Source of the DNA: Macrostomum lignano
Taxonomy: Eukaryota
Length of the DNA: 64,000 bases
NCBI GenBank assembly: GCA_002269645.1
Contig: NIVC01003640.1
Location: 22,208 to 86,207 of the forward strand
Direction: 5' to 3'
Below are positions 58,482-64,000 of the stretch, in pieces. The position numbers and the translations under genes are program-made. The notes beneath the pieces are model-generated. The model did no database searches. It saw only the letters and a list, made by a program, of their open reading frames with translations, and was not told the origin of the DNA. The stretch's first letter is position 1. Every line of letters begins with the position of its first letter.

Positions 58482-60014
58482 TCAAGCAGAGGACGGCGGC
58501 GGCGGCCGTGGCCCATCGGTCGGCACTGTCTCGGTCAGGTCTTGGATGCGAGTGTCCGGCAGACTGCGGGTCGGAAAGGCGGCAACGAGACAGGCGAGAC
58601 CGAGGGTGGCGAACCTGGCCGGCATGTAGGGGATGAAGTTCACCAGCGGCGACAGCATGCAGCCGGTCCGCAGGGTGGCCATCAGCAGCCCGAGTCCCGT
58701 GTTGCGTACCGCTGTCGGGTAGATCTCTGCCCCGACCGCCATGATGGCACAGAAGGCGATGTTCGAGAAGAACTTGCCGCTCACGGAAAGGCACACCAAA
58801 AGAACGATGACGATCATGCTGAGCTGTCCGTCTTCTGCTGCCGGCACTGTGGCGAAGATGATGCCGATGGAGAAACAACAGCCGACGGTGACCAGCGCGC
58901 TAACGAACAGAGTGCGGCCCCGACTGAATGTATTCAGGAGAAGCAGAGATGGTGGCTCCACAGCTGCCATGAGAGCGAAGGTGATATAGATGTTCGGCAC
59001 GGCGTGGGTGATCACGAAAGTGAAACCGTAGTAGGCGAAGCCGCTGCTGAAACTGTACAGGCAGGTGGACAGCAGGCGGAATACCGACACCCTATCTGAT
59101 AGCAGCTTCTTGATGGCAGTGCAGAGCGACCCTCCAAGTATCGCGCGAGGCGTCCCATGGTCTTTGGTTTGCTGAGTGTCGAGAAGCTCTCCGTTCTCTT
59201 CGAGCTGCAGCGACTCCTCACCTTGACCACCCGAGCTCAGACTGAGAACACTCTCTGGCAATGGGCGCCTGTTGATCCATGCAATCTTCTGCAGCGCTCG
59301 CCTCACCTTCTTGACGGATTTCATTCTTTGCGAGAGCAGCCAGGACGGACTCTCGGGCAGAAGGGCGGCCACAATGACTGGTGGAACAATAAAAAAATTA
59401 TTTGTGATCATCAGCCACTTGTAGTCTCGAAGGACGAAGGCCAGGATAGCTAGGAGAATGCCACCCACGGCTGCACCCAGGTTGTACGTCTTGACGAACC
59501 TGCCCCGGTGCTCCGTCAGCAGCACTTCGTTGCCGTACACAAACACTGAGCCGAGAGTGCAGCTGACGAAGAAGCCGCAGACAAGACGGCTGGCCAGATG
59601 CAGCCAGAACTGCGGCGCTAGCGCGGCCAGCAGATTGGTGGCCAGAGTGCACAAAAGGCCGATCAGCAGTCCGGGAATTCGCCCGATGCTGTCTGCTGCT
59701 GGACCGGCCATCAACGAGCCGGGGATGCAGCCGGCGAGCAGAAAGACGGCGGACAGCTCTCCGAGAGAAGCCTGACTGTCACAGAGACCGTACTCGGCGC
59801 TGACGGACGTCGTGAAGCCGTGCTGGCTGCTGTTGGCCGCGGCGACAATGTCTTCCGCAGTCGCGTTGGCGCTGCAGGTCATGAGGTTGTGGAAAGCTCC
59901 ACCAGCGATGATCATCCCGCTGGAGATCAATGTGAAGCAGCCGACGATACAGACGAGAACCTGGTAGAGGCCGAAGCCTCCGATGTCCTTGAAGGTAGCC
60001 TGCAGGTCAATCAT
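58482..60014 (-). CDS. SLC22-like transporter, paralog 4 (intronless, 510 aa)
   Basis: Same motifs; intact ORF. Confidence 0.93.
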   Translation of the reverse strand: MIDLQATFKDIGGFGLYQVLVCIVGCFTLISSGMIIAGGAFHNLMTCSANATAEDIVAAANSSQHGFTTSVSAEYGLCDSQASLGELSAVFLLAGCIPGSLMAGPAADSIGRIPGLLIGLLCTLATNLLAALAPQFWLHLASRLVCGFFVSCTLGSVFVYGNEVLLTEHRGRFVKTYNLGAAVGGILLAILAFVLRDYKWLMITNNFFIVPPVIVAALLPESPSWLLSQRMKSVKKVRRALQKIAWINRRPLPESVLSLSSGGQGEESLQLEENGELLDTQQTKDHGTPRAILGGSLCTAIKKLLSDRVSVFRLLSTCLYSFSSGFAYYGFTFVITHAVPNIYITFALMAAVEPPSLLLLNTFSRGRTLFVSALVTVGCCFSIGIIFATVPAAEDGQLSMIVIVLLVCLSVSGKFFSNIAFCAIMAVGAEIYPTAVRNTGLGLLMATLRTGCMLSPLVNFIPYMPARFATLGLACLVAAFPTRSLPDTRIQDLTETVPTDGPRPPPPSSA

Positions 60015-60722
60015 GGCAGCAATATTAGCAACAAGAGGTGACTGGGGGTTAGCAGGAAGGCCAGGCTTCAGTGTTTTATGCCTGGACGGTCAAGTGTTTC
60101 ATCTGACCGATAAATCTAAAAAAATGCTACGCATGCAGAGACGCCAGCGGCAGGCTTCATATTTATGATCGCAGCTTTGGTCAGTGCAATTTATGAGCCC
60201 GAAATTTGTTCGCAGGCTAAGAGAAGCAAAAAGCTTCATCCAAACCGCATGCAGTTCTTGCAACAGCAGCTGCTGTGCAAACTTATCTCGCAACGCCGGC
60301 GCCTAAATTTCACCAAATTGCTACATGTATGCCCTTGGGGCGGCCTCTGTAAATTTACTGAAATGTGTGACGATTGTGAAAGAGGGGCTTCGAATTCCTA
60401 GATGAGAAAATTTATTACCATGGCTCTGCAGCCCACCGCGGCACTGTCCCCAGCATCACAGTGTGACACTGCTGTTTGGCATTCGTATATCCGTTAGTAT
60501 AGCTTAAATAGCAGTGTGCAGCGGGAGAAGAGACAGATAGAGGAGAGAGTAATTATCGGTACACAGTAAACACACGGAAGAACCAAATGACTCCAGGTCA
60601 CCTGTGACGACGGGGCTTCTAAGAAAAAGCTCAGTTGATTGCTGAAGTTAGAGCAGAAGTGACAGAACAAGTGGACTGAGCGAGACTGAGGGTCCAACAT
60701 TGGGGCGACATTGGACTGCCGA

Positions 60723-60838
60723 CCCTAACCCTAACCCTAACCGGAACCCTAACCCTAACCGGAACCCTAACCCTAACCGGAACCCTAACCCTAACCGGAA
60801 CCCTAACCCTAACCGGAACCCTAACCCTAACCTAATCC
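60723..60838. repeat. Interstitial telomere-like repeat, (CCCTAA)2-CCGGAA with 18-bp period
   Basis: CCGGAA variants at 60741, 60759, 60777, 60795 and 60813 inside a CCCTAA run; unique DNA on both sides. Confidence 0.92.
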
Positions 60839-62692
60839 TACATGTAACCCTTATCTAACTCACTGGCTTTCCGGACGTTCACAAATGAATTTTTTGCAGA
60901 CCTGCGAAATACGCAATATTCTACTGCGGCAAGTAGTAAAGTAGGTTTTTTCTATGCTTACTCAGAAAGAATTTATTCTAGATTGTAGGCTTTTTGAACT
61001 TTTTGACTTTCGATTTCGTCTTGCTTTCTGAGTATGAAATGCAAATCAGCTGACCTGCCTTAATCCCAAACATTTTTTATTTTGCAATTTACCCTCTCAT
61101 GGCTGAAGTAATGTCCATGCACAAGGCTCGCAGCACCGACTGACCCTCCCAAGATGACTCTCTCGGCTACTTTCTAAGCGTGACCGACTTTCATGGCGAC
61201 TGCCGTCATGAATAGTTAATTTGGACAGGGGGCCCTGTGGCCCTGCAGTTCTTGCATGAAGAGTGCAGCAGTGGAATGGGATGTTGGGAAGTTATTTATT
61301 GGAAGCCTCTCAATCCCCCATCTGCCCGAGCCCTCGCCCAGACTACTCAACCAAATCCGAGAAATCCGCATGCATCACGCAGCTTCGCTATTCCACTGTC
61401 AGTAACAATGGTTTCAAGAACAAAGGACTGCCAGGCAGCAGTTCCTCAGCTACTGCTGCTTTGACAAGCAGAATTCTCTTTGGAAGTTTTGAATTTGAAA
61501 GCAGAGGAAAAGTGATTGATGGGTTGCATTTAGGGGGGCCGTAGCCCAGCGGTAGCGCAGCTGCTCTGGTGTGCCAGCGAGCCAGGCTCGATTCCAAGTG
61601 CAGCCACATTAATTTGGGGCTGAATTGGAATCTCGGCTTGGCTCTGCTCGTGCAATTAACGGCATTGAGAGCCAACTCCCCAAGGCGCAGTGAAGTGTAC
61701 ATGCCTAACGATAATATAAAGTTAGGGCCGCTGTACACTCCTGTGTGAGTGTGTGCCTGCGTACGTATCCGCGCGCTTGTATGCCTGCTCAGGGGAGTCG
61801 GCGGAATGGGCAGTAATGCCTCTCGCCGGTTGTGTGCCCATGTCGCTTAAAGTGCGCCAGGGTGCACACAACCCCTGCATCTAATAAAAAATGGGTTGCA
61901 TTGATGGGTTCGAACCTCAGCCGGTTGATTTTCAAAGGTTGACAACAGATGCGAAGGCTTGATCTGCTTGACAGCTTGCAGGGCCGGGGAGCTTTAGACA
62001 GATGATCCCCAGCAGGGGACTCTGTACTCGTTTTTTATCTAGTCTAGTTTTTAATCCAGTCTAGTTTTTAATTTAGTCCAGTTTTTAATCTAGTTCAGCA
62101 TTGTCTATAGACTGGAGTTAACTTGAAATTCTCTCCGACGGGAGAACCTTGTGGGAAAACCTCGGCGGGAAAACTTCCTGCGGTAAATTCTCGTGCTCCC
62201 TCTTCAGGCAGTGGTTACAGCGATCTGGGCCCAGGCGGTTGGCCCTCATGGACTTGGGGGCATCGCACGACAAGCCGTTCGCGGAATCGAACCCAATAAG
62301 AATCCAAAATGTGCCAAGAGATTCAGCTGCTCTCCGACAGTTTAATACGCGCTGCAAACGCCGGCAAGTTGCTTTTTTCTGTGGGCGTGAACACGACTTT
62401 TTAGGTGGAGTGGAGATATGAGTGGAGATATGCGGGAAAAGCAAAAAAATTATCACCAAATTTGGTCCGACAGGCGCGGTGCAACCGCTGCATTTTTGAG
62501 AAGTTTTATGAGCACGGGAGGCCAAAGCTGGTAGCGGCTGTGCGTGGGCGGTGCTGAGCTTTGGCAACTTTTTGTGCTTGTCACTTGCACCTGAGAGATT
62601 TGAAATCTGCAGTTAACTCCTGCCGGATGGAAATCTTTTAGAAATTTGCTATGCAGTTCAGGAATTATTGACCATAAAGAGACTGTGAGAAA

Positions 62693-64000
62693 CCTGCTAT
62701 AGATTCTGTGAGAAATCTGCTATAGATTCTGTGAGAAATCTGCTATAGATTCTGTGAGAAATCTGCTATAGATTCTGTGAGAAATCTGCTATAGATTCTG
62801 TGAGAAATCTGCTATAGATTCTGTGAGAAATCTGCTATAGATTCTGTGAGAAATCTGCGATAGATTGTGAGAAATCTGCTATAGATTCTGTGAGAAATCT
62901 GCTATAGATTCTGTGAGAAATCTGCTATAGATTCTGTGAGAAATCTGCTATAGATTCTGTGAGAAATCTGCTATAGATTCTGTGAGAAATCTGCTATAGA
63001 TTCTGTGAGAAATCTGCTATAGATTCTGTGAGAAATCTGCTATAGATTCTGTGAGAAATCTGCTATAGATTCTGTGAGAAATCTGCTATAGATTCTGTGA
63101 GAAATCTGCTATAGATTCTGTGAGAAATCTGCTATAGATTCTGTGAGAAATCTGCTATAGATTCTGTGAGAAATCTGCTATAGATTCTGTGAGAAATCTG
63201 CTATAGATTCTGTGAGAAATCTGCTATAGATTCTGTGAGAAATCTGCTATAGATTCTGTGAGAAATCTGCTATAGATTCTGTGAGAAATCTGCGATAGAT
63301 TGTGAGAAATCTGCTATAGATTCTGTGAGAAATCTGCTATAGATTGTGAGAAATCTGCTGGGTTCTGTGAGAAATCTGCTAGAATGTGGTAGAAATCTGC
63401 TAGAATGTGGTAGAAATCTGCTAGAAACCTGCTAGAAATCTGCTAGAAATCTGCTAGAGATCTGCTAGAAACCTGCTAGAAATCTGCTAGAAATCTGCTA
63501 GAAATCTGCTAGAAATCTGCTAGAAACCTGCTAGAAATCTGCTAGAAATCTGCTAGAAATCATGTAAAAATCTACTAGAAATCTGCTAGAAATCTGCTAG
63601 AGATTTGCTAGAAACCTGCTAGAAATCTGCTAGAAATCTGCTAGAAACCTGCTAGAAATCTGCTAGAAATCTGCTAGAAATCTGCTAGAAATCTGCTAGA
63701 AATCTGCTAGAAATCTGCTAGAAATCTGCTAGAAACCTGCTAGAAATCTGCTAGAAATCTGCTAGAAATCATGTAAAAAATCTGCTAGAAATCTGCTAGA
63801 AATCTGCTAGAGATTTGCTAGAAATCTGCTAGAAATCTGCTAGAAACCTGCTAGAAATCTGCTAGAAATCTGCTAGAAATCTGCTAGAAATCTGCTAGAA
63901 ATCTGCTAGAAATCTGCTAGAAATCTGCTAGAAATCTGCTAGAAATCTGGTAAAAATCTGCTAGAAATCTGCTAGAAATCTGCTAGAAATCTGCTAGAAA
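62693..64000. repeat. 23-bp satellite switching to an 11-bp satellite (runs off the window end)
   Basis: GAAATCTGCTATAGATTCTGTGA to ~63350, then GAAATCTGCTA. Confidence 0.97.

Noticed and set aside
60723-60838. True chromosome end
   Set aside because: The tract is only ~115 bp, is interrupted regularly and has unique DNA on both sides.
62000-62100. Helitron 3' end (TCCCC-AGCA-GGGGA hairpin, then CTAGT repeats)
   Set aside because: The stem is short and too far from the CTAG for a confident call, and no matching 5' end was found.

Overview
Eukaryotic (metazoan) genomic DNA, not prokaryotic: GC-rich spliced exons sit in AT-rich spacers, and many introns are filled by their own 4-43 bp tandem arrays. 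This style suggests a flatworm such as Macrostomum, but the organism is an inference. Host genes read from the sequence: a 4-exon ZAK/MAP3K20-like kinase (-, 1671-5616), IFT46 (+, ~11205-14470), a galanin/allatostatin-A-like peptide GPCR (-, main exon 19853-20883), FKBP11 (-, 28730-29822), an unrecognised 3-exon gene that the ORF track does not assemble (-, 35258-36026), and four intronless SLC22-like transporter paralogs (-, 37114-60014). Mobile DNA includes a DIRS/Ngaro-type tyrosine-recombinase retroelement (40009-44053), a decayed Crypton tyrosine-recombinase transposon inserted into a tRNA-derived SINE (53723-56189), two hAT-type non-autonomous elements with 8-bp TSDs, and Helitron and LINE fragments. 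The best leads are: (1) two tandem, phase-incompatible IFT46 exons that each carry the conserved NQP(Y/F)DES motif (probable mutually exclusive exons); (2) the YR retroelement, with a SAP-domain Gag, an A_AAA_AAC slippery site fused to a UGAUG stop-start, an AUG-less recombinase ORF behind a strong splice acceptor, and short termini that pair as an RNA stem through G-U wobbles; (3) a Crypton whose ends are defined by the split SINE and which carries 33-bp perfect inverted repeats and reiterated motif boxes; (4) the orphan 3-exon gene with a deaminase-like H..E..CxxC spacing. All similarities to known families are from recall; no database search was run.
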